Shown: positions 1 through 64,000 of the stretch, in pieces | How positions within the stretch are numbered: the first letter of the stretch is position 1 | Layout: each line of letters begins with the position of its first letter | From: the human T2T-CHM13v2.0 reference genome, Homo sapiens | Reading direction: 5' to 3' (one strand) | Assembly (NCBI RefSeq): GCF_009914755.1 | Contig: NC_060938.1 | Length of the DNA stretch: 64,000 nt | Translations under genes and position numbers: made by a program | The notes under the pieces: model-generated | Seen by the model: the letters and a program-made list of their open reading frames with translations, nothing else | Told to the model about the DNA's origin: nothing | Database searches by the model: none

Positions 1-72
1 ATGCCCGGCCTGTCCCTCCCCTGGCCAGCGTGGTCCACACCCATACGGCTGGACCAAATGAGCATGGGTCAA

Positions 73-812
73 GATTGTGGGCAGGCATGGCAGCCCCTCT
101 ACAGTTGGGGTACAGGGATTGTGGGCAGGCATGGCAGCCCCTCTACAGTTGGGGTACAGGGGTGTGGGCAGGCATGGCAGCCCCTCTACAGTTGGGGTAC
201 AGGGATTGTGGGGAGGCATGGCAGCCCCTCTACAGTTGGGGTGCAGGGGTGTGGGCAGGCATAGCAGCCCCTCTACAGTTGGGGTACGGGATTGTGGGCA
301 GGCATGGCAGCCCCTCTACAGTTGGGGTACGGGATTGTGGGCAGGCATGGCAGCCCCTCTACAGTTGGGGTACGGGATTGTGGGCAGACATAGCAGCCCC
401 TCTACAGTTGGGGTACAGGGATTGTGGGGAGGCATGGCAGCCCCTCTACAGTTGGGGTGCAGGGGTGTGGGCAGGCATAGCAGCCCCTCTACAGTTGGGG
501 TACGGGATTGTGGGCAGGCATGGCAGCCCCTCTACAGTTGGGGTACAGGGGTGTGGGCAGGCATGGCAGCCCCTCTACAGTTGGGGTACGGGGTGTGGGC
601 AGCATGGCAGCCCCTCTACAGTTGGGGTACGGGCTGTGGGCAGACATGGCAGCCCCTCTACAGTTGGGGTACAGGGATTGTGGGCAGGCATGGCAGCCCC
701 TCTACAGTTGGGGTACAAGATTGTGGGCAGGCATGGCAGCCCCTCTACAGTTGGGGTACAAGATTGTGGGCAGGCATGGCAGCCCCCTGCAGTTGGGGTA
801 CAGGGGTGTGGG
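73..812. repeat. Minisatellite, ~43-44 bp unit (GATTGTGGGCAGGCATGGCAGCCCCTCTACAGTTGGGGTACAGG), ~17 copies
   Basis: Tandem copies directly visible; explains the repetitive ORFs 1-870. Confidence 0.95.
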
Positions 813-3084
813 GCGTGGCCCAGCTTGTTCTCTGGGTCAGGGAGTGAGGTCACTGGGCAGACATCCCTAAGGACTTGGCAAGGAGCCCAGAGGCGGCAAA
901 GGGTCAGATCTCGTGCCCCACCCTCCAACTCTGGCTCAAGGGGATTCCTCCAGGGGGCTCTCCCCACCCCAGCTCCATGGGCTGCAAAGAAGGAGCCATC
1001 CAGGCACAGAACAGCTGGACCAAGACAATGGAGCTCAGGGCCGGCTGTGGTGGAGCCTCGGGCCTGACCCAGTCCTGAGCCCCACATGCCCCACCCCCTC
1101 GCTCTATGGAGCTGTGCAGACCACTTCTCCCGGGCACCCCCAAAGGTGGACACATGCTCTGACAAAGTCCTGGAGCCCCCAGGACCACTGAGCCCCCAAC
1201 TGGCTGTTCTCCAGTCCTGTCAGGACTGTAACGTGGTATCCACGGGGTGGTGGCGGCCACCAAACACCAGGTTCCTAAGCCAGCTCGTAACAGCCTCGGA
1301 TGGCCCTGCTCTGAGCAGGCAGCAGGAGGCGGCGGTGGCTGCTCAGGGCTGGGGTGTGCATGCCTGGCAGGCCCAGCCCGGAAGGCAGCATTCAAGGGGA
1401 CAGCTAGCAAGCTAAGAATAGTGATGCGGGGCTGAGAGGCTGGGCTCCCCCTTCCCCGAGGCTGCAGCATGGTCTGGTCCTGGCACTGGGAAGGGCCCAG
1501 GCAGAACCTGCCCAAGGTGCTGCTGGACATGCTGGCAGGCCCCGTGCAGCTGCAGCGTCACAGCTGGCCAAGCACTGCTTCAGGCCTGTCAGCGTCCAGG
1601 CTGGGAGATGTGGCCCCTAAGCCACCTACGGGACTGAGCAATACAGACCTGAATGCCCAAACCCGCGGTTCAGGCCAGCACCCAAAAGCACCTGGCCACT
1701 ACGGCTGTCTACTCCCGGGCCGCAGCACCTCCGCACCTCGGCCACCCAAGTGTCTGTGCAGCACAGGTCCCCACGGCTCCAGGACCCGGATGCTGTGTTC
1801 CACACCGCACCCTCTCTGGGGAAGAGTCTTTCCGCCACCAGCCCAGAGATGTCCCACCTCCCCTCCAGCCATTGTGGGGCTTGACTCTAGCACACTGGTC
1901 ACCGCCTGGCCCCGCTTGTGCTCCTCAGCCCCAAACCCCAGCCATCCTCTCCCGCGCCCCAGCCCCCGAGCCCCACCCCACCCTCCCCCTTCTGTGATAA
2001 CCTCCCCCGCTTCCATCCCCAAAGGGTGGACAGCCACTGCCTCCCGGGCCTCCCTTTCCCCTGGCCCTCACCTCCCACCCACCTCTCCACCCCTCCCTCT
2101 CCCTCCAGCCTCAGGCGGGCCGTTCAGCCAATATCCTCAACCACCTGTGGGCCAAGCCGCTCATGCACAGGCAGCCTGGAAACCTTCTTTCCTGGCCTCC
2201 CGAGTGGAAGTGCCCAGCCAGAGCTGTCTGTCCTGAAACCCCCTCCAACACCCAACTGGCCCCAAAGCAGGTCTCCCGGGATGAGGATTCCTTCCCTCCT
2301 GCGGAGCTGCAGCCCACCTGTGCCTGGGGCCCCACAGCCTGGCAAACAGCACCACCAGAGTCAGACGCTGCCCCCCGCCCTGCACCCCAGCACCCAGGCC
2401 GAGGGCTGGATCGCTGCACGGCCTGCCTCGCCTGCGCCCCTCAGCTGCACGTCTGGTCTCCTCCCCAAATAAGATCTGGTGGCAGGTTTCACCCATTTCG
2501 CCCCCCAAATCCACCCTCTTCGATCTCCAACAAGACCCCCACTCCATGCCACCTGGCTGTCGTCTCTGGCCCGGCCCCAGTGGCCATCTGCTAGGCCGGG
2601 AGCCCCTCCAGCTGGTCCTCAGGGTTCCTCTAAGAGCACCTTCTCCAAGCCCCCCATCCTGCGGTCCCACGGCCCACCTGCACCTCCCTCGGGGCCCCTG
2701 GGTGCCAGCTGTGGCCCCCAGGCCCGCCCACCCTGGCCCAGTTGCTGCTTCCTGTTACCCCAGCCTCAGTGAAGCCCCTGTGGGCTGGTCCTGCCGTTTC
2801 ACTTTCTTCACAGCACTCACCTCCCGGTGCCCACACTGCGCTGGGGGCCCAAGCGGGGACTTGTCCACCCGGTCCCCTGTGGCACACCCATGTCCAGCCC
2901 AGGCTGATGCACACCCACTCAACAGCTGCTGCAGTAGTTGGGGGGACCTAAAGACCCCACACCCCTCACTCAGGGCAGCCCCTGGGTCTCAGGGGCTAAT
3001 ATCCACAGCCAGGCCGTGCAGCCAGCAGACCGACATGACGGCTGGCCACAGATCGCAACACAGAATCAGACAAGCCTCAGGCAA

Positions 3085-4349
3085 TTTCTGTTAAGTAACA
3101 ACAGATCTTCCTGCTTTACTAAATCTATTCTTCCCCCAAGCCCTCGAGAAGCCCTGGCAGGACCCAGGCTGGCTACTGAGCTCTGGGCGGGGGTAGGGGG
3201 GTCTGGCCTGCTGCGGGCCAAGTTGGGGCAGGACATACAGCCCATTCCATGGGGAGGATGAGGCCCCTGGGGGTCAGTGAGGCACGGCTCTGCCTCAAGG
3301 CCACCCCCTCCTAAGGACACAGGGTGAAGCCCCCTCGGCCACATCCGGGGCAGCCATGCCAGAGCTGAGACCTCCTACGAGTGGTACTGGGGCCTTCCCA
3401 CGAAGAGGCCTGGGGAGGCTCTCGGGCCTCCGTCTGCCCTCCCTCCTCGATGGGGGGCCTGATCCAGCTCTGACAGGGAGCGCCACTGCCCTCTGGCTCT
3501 GTCCACGGGGAACTCCCAGCGCCAGGACACTATGCAGGCTATGCCCGCACTGCCTACAGAGCTATGCTCAGGACGGGTGGGCGCCGGTCTCAGCTGTCGG
3601 GCACTCAGTTCACCTGCCGGCAGCCGCAGGGCTCCTGGGCCCACAACTCAAGTGGCCCTGGAGCAGGGGTCTGACCCCCATGCTGCTCCAGGCGGTGCAG
3701 GCAGCGGGGAGGGGGGTCTGGAGGAGGCAGGGGTGGGGGTGTCTGCCTCGGACGAGGCAGGTATCTGGATGCAGGGCCACAGCTGGAGGCAGAGGACCTT
3801 CAAGGAGCTGCTGCCTCTCAAGTGCCAGATCCTCAGCTCCCACGGCTGCGCCGGACACCTGCAGGGCTCTGGCTTCCACTCTGGCAGAGGCTGCTGGCGC
3901 CGAGTGCTGCTCAGGAGGGGACGGTGCGGAGGGTGGGCTGGAGACTCCAGAGCTGGTCCTGAGTCACAGGGCCAGCACACTCAGCCCTCCACACACTTGG
4001 ACCAGCAGTGGGGCTGCCCCAAGCCTGTTTCCTTAATAGTAGCAACACCACACTGCCAGCCTTGGAGGGTCCTTGGATGAGTCGACGGCAGGCAGCGGGA
4101 CCCAGCCCTGCACACACCCGGCCCACATCTGATCACACACATGCAGACGCTTGGTCCGGTTTCCCTTGCTGAATAGAAACACAATCCCAATGGTAAGTTC
4201 CACATGGGACGAGGGCTGTGGGACAGGTGCCACCTGTCACCAGGAGTCTCGGCGCTGGGGCCTGCCTGCTGCGGTCCTGGAAGCCCGTCTGATGCTGAGG
4301 AGACCCGCGAGGCCCCCTGCCAGGACATCACCTGCCTGGAGGCCACACT
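3085..4349 (-). other. BRF1: BRF1 3' UTR (3' end approximate)
   Basis: Follows the TGA at 4350-4352; end inferred from the AGTAAA signal at 3115-3120. Confidence 0.65.
3115..3120 (-). terminator. BRF1: Variant polyadenylation signal AGTAAA for BRF1
   Basis: TTTACT on + strand in a short AT-rich patch within GC-rich sequence, ~1.23 kb downstream of the stop. Confidence 0.55.
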
Positions 4350-55410
<51,061 letters not shown>

Positions 55411-56619
55411 CTGCAGCAGGAGTCAAGGATCCTGTCAAGTGGCTGCAAGCTCAGGTTACTCGCCCACCTTCAAATGGGCAGGACCGCAGGACTGCACCTG
55501 CAGGGAGCTGGAGTCGCCCCTCCAAATATAAGCTCCACCTTTGATCAGGAAGGAAAGGTGGTATGGAAGCGAGGCGCGGCACGCTCAGGCCTCACCAGAA
55601 CCTCCCAGCCCCAGGCACAAGTGAGACTTCTGTGAACCCAGTACCAGGACAAGGGACTGCAAGGAACCTGGAGCCGGGTCGGGGGAACCAGAAACGGTGG
55701 GGGCTTCCATCTGATCCTGGAGAAAGCGTGCACCCCCACACACCCGCCTGCCCAGTCAGGTGCCCACCATATGGTGGATCTGCTGCCCACACACAGCACA
55801 GAAGAGACAGTGGCACTCATGCTCCATCCCAAGGGCACTTGCTGAGCACCTATCAGGCGTCAGGCAGGCAGTCCTCCCGAGAGACAGAAAACTAGACCTG
55901 GGGCCCCCTTGGTGAGTGGTGAGCCTGCAGGCGCCACTGGGGGCTGCGCTCGAGAGACAGGTGTGGGGACCCCGCACAGGACCTGTCTTCGCTCAGATGA
56001 ACAAACAGGACCAAGAATGTGTCCTAAGTGATTCAAAACTCACATGGATACATAAGTTATCAAACACAAGTCACTGGTTAATACACTCTGCCAGACAGCT
56101 GAAGTGCACATCTCCCATGGGCCCACTGTAGCTTCGAGAAGTCACTAAGGACACCTCCTGGAGCTGGATCAGGAGTCCAGAGCAGGGGTCCAAAGGAAGA
56201 TCCCCGGGACCAGAGCAGCAAAGCCCCACCACGCAAGAACCTCGCAAGCAATCAGATGGTTAGGACGCCAGCCCACTCATCCACGCCCTGGGCTGGAGGC
56301 CCCTGACCTCTCTTGCAACTCCATGCAGAACAGCAAGGCCTCCCACCCTAAGAAGGTGCCAGGGCTGGGTACAGGGGCATTCCGACACAGAGCAGAACCC
56401 CCAGGACGGCTGGGACGTGAGCGGTGAGGCCCGTGAACAAAGGTGCATCTGAAGGCAGGCAGTCCCAGAGGGCCGAGACAACGGGCAGGACCGACTGCAG
56501 CACAGCCAACAGCCTCACAAGAGGCACTATGAGAAGACCGGCGGCAGGGGTGGGGCCAGTGACATCAAAGGAAACCAAAGGAAAGCAGTAAGAACTACCT
56601 GGGGAAACGCCCGTGACAG

Positions 56620-57065
56620 CCAACACACACCAACGGGAAAAGTGAACGAGGCCAGAAGGCTACACCCTGTGTGACTCCAAGCATACACCTTCCGGAAAAG
56701 GCAAAACTATGGAGACAGCATTAGGTCAGTGGCCACCAAGGGCTGGGGAAAGGCAGGGTGGGTGGGCCGAGAGGAGGGTTCCAGGACGCTGCAGCTCTGC
56801 ACCACTCCGCACTGGTGGGTTCACATATTGCATATTTGTGAAAACCCATAGAAGGCACAGCCCCAAGAGTGAACCTCAATGTGAACTGTGGACTTTTCTT
56901 ATCAACAACTTGGCAAGACGGGCTCATCAACCATAACAAATGGACCAGCTAACACAAGATGTTAATAACATAGGGAAATTGGGGATTGAAGGGGGTGTAT
57001 GGGAACTCTGTACTTTCTACACAATTTTTCTGTAAACTAAGACTGCTCTAAGAAATAAACTCTAC
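56620..57065 (+). mobile_element. L1MC-type 3' end
   Basis: GGAAAAGGCAAAACTATGGAGACAG...GTGAACCTCAATGTGAACTGTGGACTT...GGGAACTCTGTACTTTCT...TTTTTCTGTAAAC. Confidence 0.78.
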
Positions 57066-57066
57066 T

Positions 57067-57676
<610 letters not shown>

Positions 57677-57689
57677 TTAAATAAGAAAA

Positions 57690-59010
57690 AGAATAAAGGC
57701 CAAAATAAAAAAAGGCAAAACAATTCAACAGAAGCTTCATGAAGACAAAAAAAAATAGCCAACAAGCACATGAAAAAGAACTCAACTGCATTAATCATCA
57801 GAAATGCAAACAAAACTGTGACAATGCCACGAGCCCGCGACGTCACTGAATGCCGGCGAGGATGTGGGGCAAGCACAGCTCACCCATGCTGCTGATGGAA
57901 GCGTGAAGTGGTACAACCACCTTGGGAAAAGGCCTGGAAGTTTCTTACAAAGCTAAACACACACCTCTGACCCACCTATTCCACTCCTAGGTATTTACCC
58001 AAGAGAAATAAAAACAGATGTCAGCCAGGTGCAGTGGCTCACACCCATAATCCCAGCACTTTAGGAGGCTGAGGCCAGCAGATCACCAGAGCCCAGGAGT
58101 TCAAGACCGGCCTGGGCAACACAGTGAGACCCTGTTTCTACAAAAAAATCCAAAAATTAGCCGGGTATGGTGACAAACACTTATTGTCCCAGCTACTCAG
58201 AAGGCTAAGGCAGGAGGATTGCTTGCACCCAAGAGGTCGAGGTTGCAGTGAGCTGTGATTGCACCACTGCACTGAGCTGGGGCCACAGAGTGAGACTCTG
58301 TCTCTAAAAATAAAAAGAAATATGTCCACAAAAAAACTTGTAGAAAAATGTTCATAGCAGCTTCATTCAGAACAGCCAAAAACGGGGAGCAGTCCAGGTG
58401 TCCATTAATACAAGAATACTCTGGCTGGTATTCACACAGCAATACCACTCACCATACAAAACACCATGGGCGCCTCTCAAAACCATGTCCACCGGACACG
58501 GGGCTCACGCCTGTAATCCCAGCACCTTGGGAGGCCAAGGCGGGCAGTCACTTGAGGCCAGGAGTTTGAGACCAGCCTGGCCTACACAGCAAAACCCTGT
58601 CTCTACTAAAAATACAAAAGATGAGCTGGACATGGTGGCGTGCCCCTGTAGTCCCAACTACTTGAGAGGCTAAGGCATTAGAATCGCTTGAACCCAGGAG
58701 ACAGAGGTTGCAGTAAGCTGAGATGGAACCATACTGCACTCAGCCTGGGCGACAGAGCTACATTCTGTCACCAAAAAAAAAAGCATGTGAAGTGACAGGG
58801 CACAGATCATATGATTCCATTTATAGGGCATTCTAGAACAGGCACAACTGGTCTGTAGTGGAAGGAAATGGAAACAGCGGTTGCCTTTTGCGGGGCTGGG
58901 ACTGTTGGAAGGGGCATGAGGTCTGTCCACAGAGCCCTGCTCTGGGCTGACGGGTGACCGTTTGTCAGAACTCTCCAGATGGAGCAATTAGGGCCTGTGC
59001 ATCTCACTTT
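57690..59010 (+). mobile_element. Old L1 (L1ME/MD-type) 3' fragments with inserted Alus (58024-58318, 58493-58782)
   Basis: ATTCCACTCCTAGGTATTTACCCAAGAGAAATAAAAAC, ATGTTCATAGCAGC, TATGATTCCATTTATA. Confidence 0.78.
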
Positions 59011-59154
59011 AAGCCAACTTTACCTTCAGAGGAGAAAAAGACCCAGGAACGATGCTCACCCCCATTGAGCTGATGGTCTGCCTGCTGAAGGACTGTGTGC
59101 AGTACACAGACGTCTGCAACTTGCCTTGAAATGTGCCAAAAAATAAGATGGTGA

Positions 59155-59533
<379 letters not shown>

Positions 59534-61740
59534 ACAGAAAATTTTCTTAATAAAACAATGGGATAAGTGTGTACATTTTTAAAAGGAGCTTCAAATTAAA
59601 CATTTAACGAAGTTAGAATTACTGCTTTCCTTGAAATGAAAATCACCTGGCACTTGATCCGCATTCACCTGGCTCTATCAGGCGCTTTCAGGGAAGTTTC
59701 CAGACGATGGAAGCTCAATTATGTGCTTCCCTTGTGAGGATATCACATTCCCTCTGGCCAATCCCGGGAGGGCCTACTAATGCCTTTGGGGCCCAGCCTA
59801 CAGGTCCCCCAGCTAATGAGCTCCCAGGGCTCTGGAGGTTCTCCTGTGTCCAGCATGGCTGGTACCTGTGTCCTCCCAGCAGCCCCTCCCTTTTGCTGAG
59901 CAGCTGCTTCTGACCATCTGGGAATCAGAAAAAAGTCTGCAGAGAAGAGGCCCTGTCTGCGGCCCCCAGGGTGCGAAAGCCTGGATTCTGCCAGCTGGGG
60001 CCTCTTTCTGCCTCCCTTCTGGCCCCTGCCACGCTGTGCCGGGTGGTCTTCTGCTCGGTGCAGCTGAGTGCCAGTCAAAGGAGAGACGCGGGAGCACAAT
60101 AGAGGGCAGGTGACACAATGCCCTCAAAGGGCGCCAGACATTCCTGAGTGCGGCAGAGGCCCACGCGAGGCTCCCATCAGCAGATGACAAGGCCCAGAAA
60201 TGGTCCAGTCATGACGGTGCAGCCCTGCACCCCACTGCTGTGCCATCAAACTGTCCCGGCTCCAGGAACCAACCAGGCTTCCCCACCACAGCTGTGGACA
60301 ACACAGCGAGGGGCCACTCCACTGTGAAGAGGATGGGGAAACTGAGGCTGCCCACACCCTGGCTGGCTGCACGATGCTTGCAGGGAGAAAAACTGCAGAT
60401 GGGTCCTGACTCAGACACACTTTCCTTACATGGAAAAGTTTACAGAGATTTACATAAGGCAGAACTAAAACTTAAAAAAACAAGAAATTTCTCTCAACAG
60501 CCTCACATACAAATGCTCTTACTGGATACCCAAAGAGAGAAGCGAGGGAAAGTGCTCTTGTATATAGAGCCCCACAGAAAGGGCTGTGTCCACAACAGCC
60601 AGCAGTGCAGGGGCCGGCAGGGCCCCACCCTGAGCGGACACCAGCATTCCCGGCCCCATGGGACTGGAGAGGGGGACTGCGGCGCCCACACGGCGTGAGG
60701 ACCAAGGAGCGAAACCCACACCTTCTGGAGAATGATGCCCAGCACTGCACCGGCCCACGGCTCACTGCCCCTACCCAGTGCCACTCCCCTTCTGCAGGCC
60801 CCCCCTGCTCTGAGTGCTCCTCACCGGCAGCCAACACCACCTGGCACGGGAACACACGGCCCGGCCGAAGCTCCGTGTAGAGCAGTAGTGCCCAGCCCCA
60901 ACCCACCAAGGGCAAGGCCCTGGCAGCACTCAGCATACAGCACTCAGCGGCCGACCAAGCACCCACACAGGAGCCCGGCAGGCAGACTGGGCATCCTCAG
61001 GCCCCGCACATGCCTGGACGGGGCTATGACGGATCCTAGCTTGGAATGGGGTCACTCACCCCAGAGCTCGGATGCCCTCAGCACCCCAAGAGCAGGACCC
61101 ATCAAGACCCAGGGCCTAGGTCATGAGCAGCCCTGCCCTCCCGAACTTCCCAGAGACCACCCTGCTCCTCCGCCTGGAGGTGTGGCACAGAGCAGGTGCT
61201 CTGGGAGTCCCTGAATGACTGATGCGGGGTAGGAGACCTGCTGGCTGCCCTTTGTCCAGATACCTCTGACCTCCAGGGAAGAGCCAGTGGGTCATTGCTG
61301 GGCCTTGCCCATCCCCTGCACAGTGACTAAATCCCTGAGCCACTGCTGGCTGCCACACCCCACGGTGGGCTCCTGTGTGCAGTACACCCTGAATAATCTA
61401 GCACCTCACCGCTGTCATCATGCATGGCCTCTGTGAAGTTCAAGGGTACCCAGGTGCCTTCTCAAAGATCCCTGCTCTGAAGACTGAGCCTCCCACAGAG
61501 CTGGGAGCCTGGCTCTGTCCCAGCCACACTGAGGTGGTCTCACGGATAATGCAGCTGCTATCCAGGCAGTCACCTGACGCTCCCAGCCCCTGGCTTTCAA
61601 GCACACACATGCAACCAGGCACATGGATGGCCCCAGGAGGAGCTGAGTGGCACGAGTGTAAGGTGCAGTGTCTCAGCTCGGGCCTCCTTCCAATTCTCGC
61701 CAATTCTAATAAGCTGTCATAGTCTGGCAGTGCCAGGCCA

Positions 61741-62131
<391 letters not shown>

Positions 62132-62503
62132 TCACAGTCTCGCTTGGCAAGGGAAGATAGAGTTTACAGTTCAGTGGCTTCCGAGCCAGCCAGACACGAG
62201 GGGCCAAGCTGCCAAGAGAAGAGGAAGCAACTTCAACAAGCGAGCAGGGCACAGTGCACTTAGTCCCTTTACGGCAGCTGCCGCCCCTGGAGCCACAGGC
62301 ACCAGGCTGAGGCCCGCCAAGCCCAGAAGTCAGCTCTGAAAGGCAAAAGAGCCGAGCAGGAAGTTCTGCAGTCCCGAGGTGCCAGGAAGGGACACCTGGG
62401 TCCTGCCACGATCCTTCAGCCGGGAACCAAGACGGACCAGCAGCAACTGGATCAGAGTGAGCTACCTGCGTGCTCTCTGCTTGCTCAAGAAAAGTTAAAT
62501 TCC

Positions 62504-64000
<1,497 letters not shown>

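Noticed and set aside
1-1067. Repetitive ORFs of 87-345 aa
   Set aside because: Translations of the 43-44 bp minisatellite in shifting frames
1469-4080. Many 100-255 aa Pro/Gly/Ala-rich ORFs
   Set aside because: Expected in high-GC sequence; overlapping in all frames with no recognisable domain

Overview
Human (primate) genomic DNA: GC-rich, Alu-dense, and matching the BRF1/BTBD6 locus (14q32.33 from recall). The minus strand carries 15 coding exons of BRF1 (TFIIIB 90 kDa subunit; about codon 147 to the stop, exons 4-18 in the canonical numbering). All junctions are GT-AG and phase-consistent, followed by a ~1.25 kb 3' UTR. The compact BTBD6 gene (538 aa, or 485 aa from the second ATG) is nested antisense in BRF1 intron 5 behind a CpG-island promoter. 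The dominant structure is a near-perfect 102-bp tandem array of 160 copies (23489-39807) filling ~94% of BRF1 intron 6. Its variants are polarised to one end, each unit has a GC box and a CTCF-like motif, and exactly one of six frames is stop-free (antisense, 34-aa repeat, CUG in strong Kozak context). Also present: two smaller minisatellites sharing a core motif, a CA-rich tract, many Alus, old L1 fragments and two ERV1-type LTR remnants. Candidate unannotated RNA-processing signals include a poison micro-exon, a circRNA-prone exon block, alternative splice sites and a splice switch of the BTBD6 N-terminus. Most ORF-track entries are spurious. No finding here is proven to be a new system; all are hypotheses from sequence alone.
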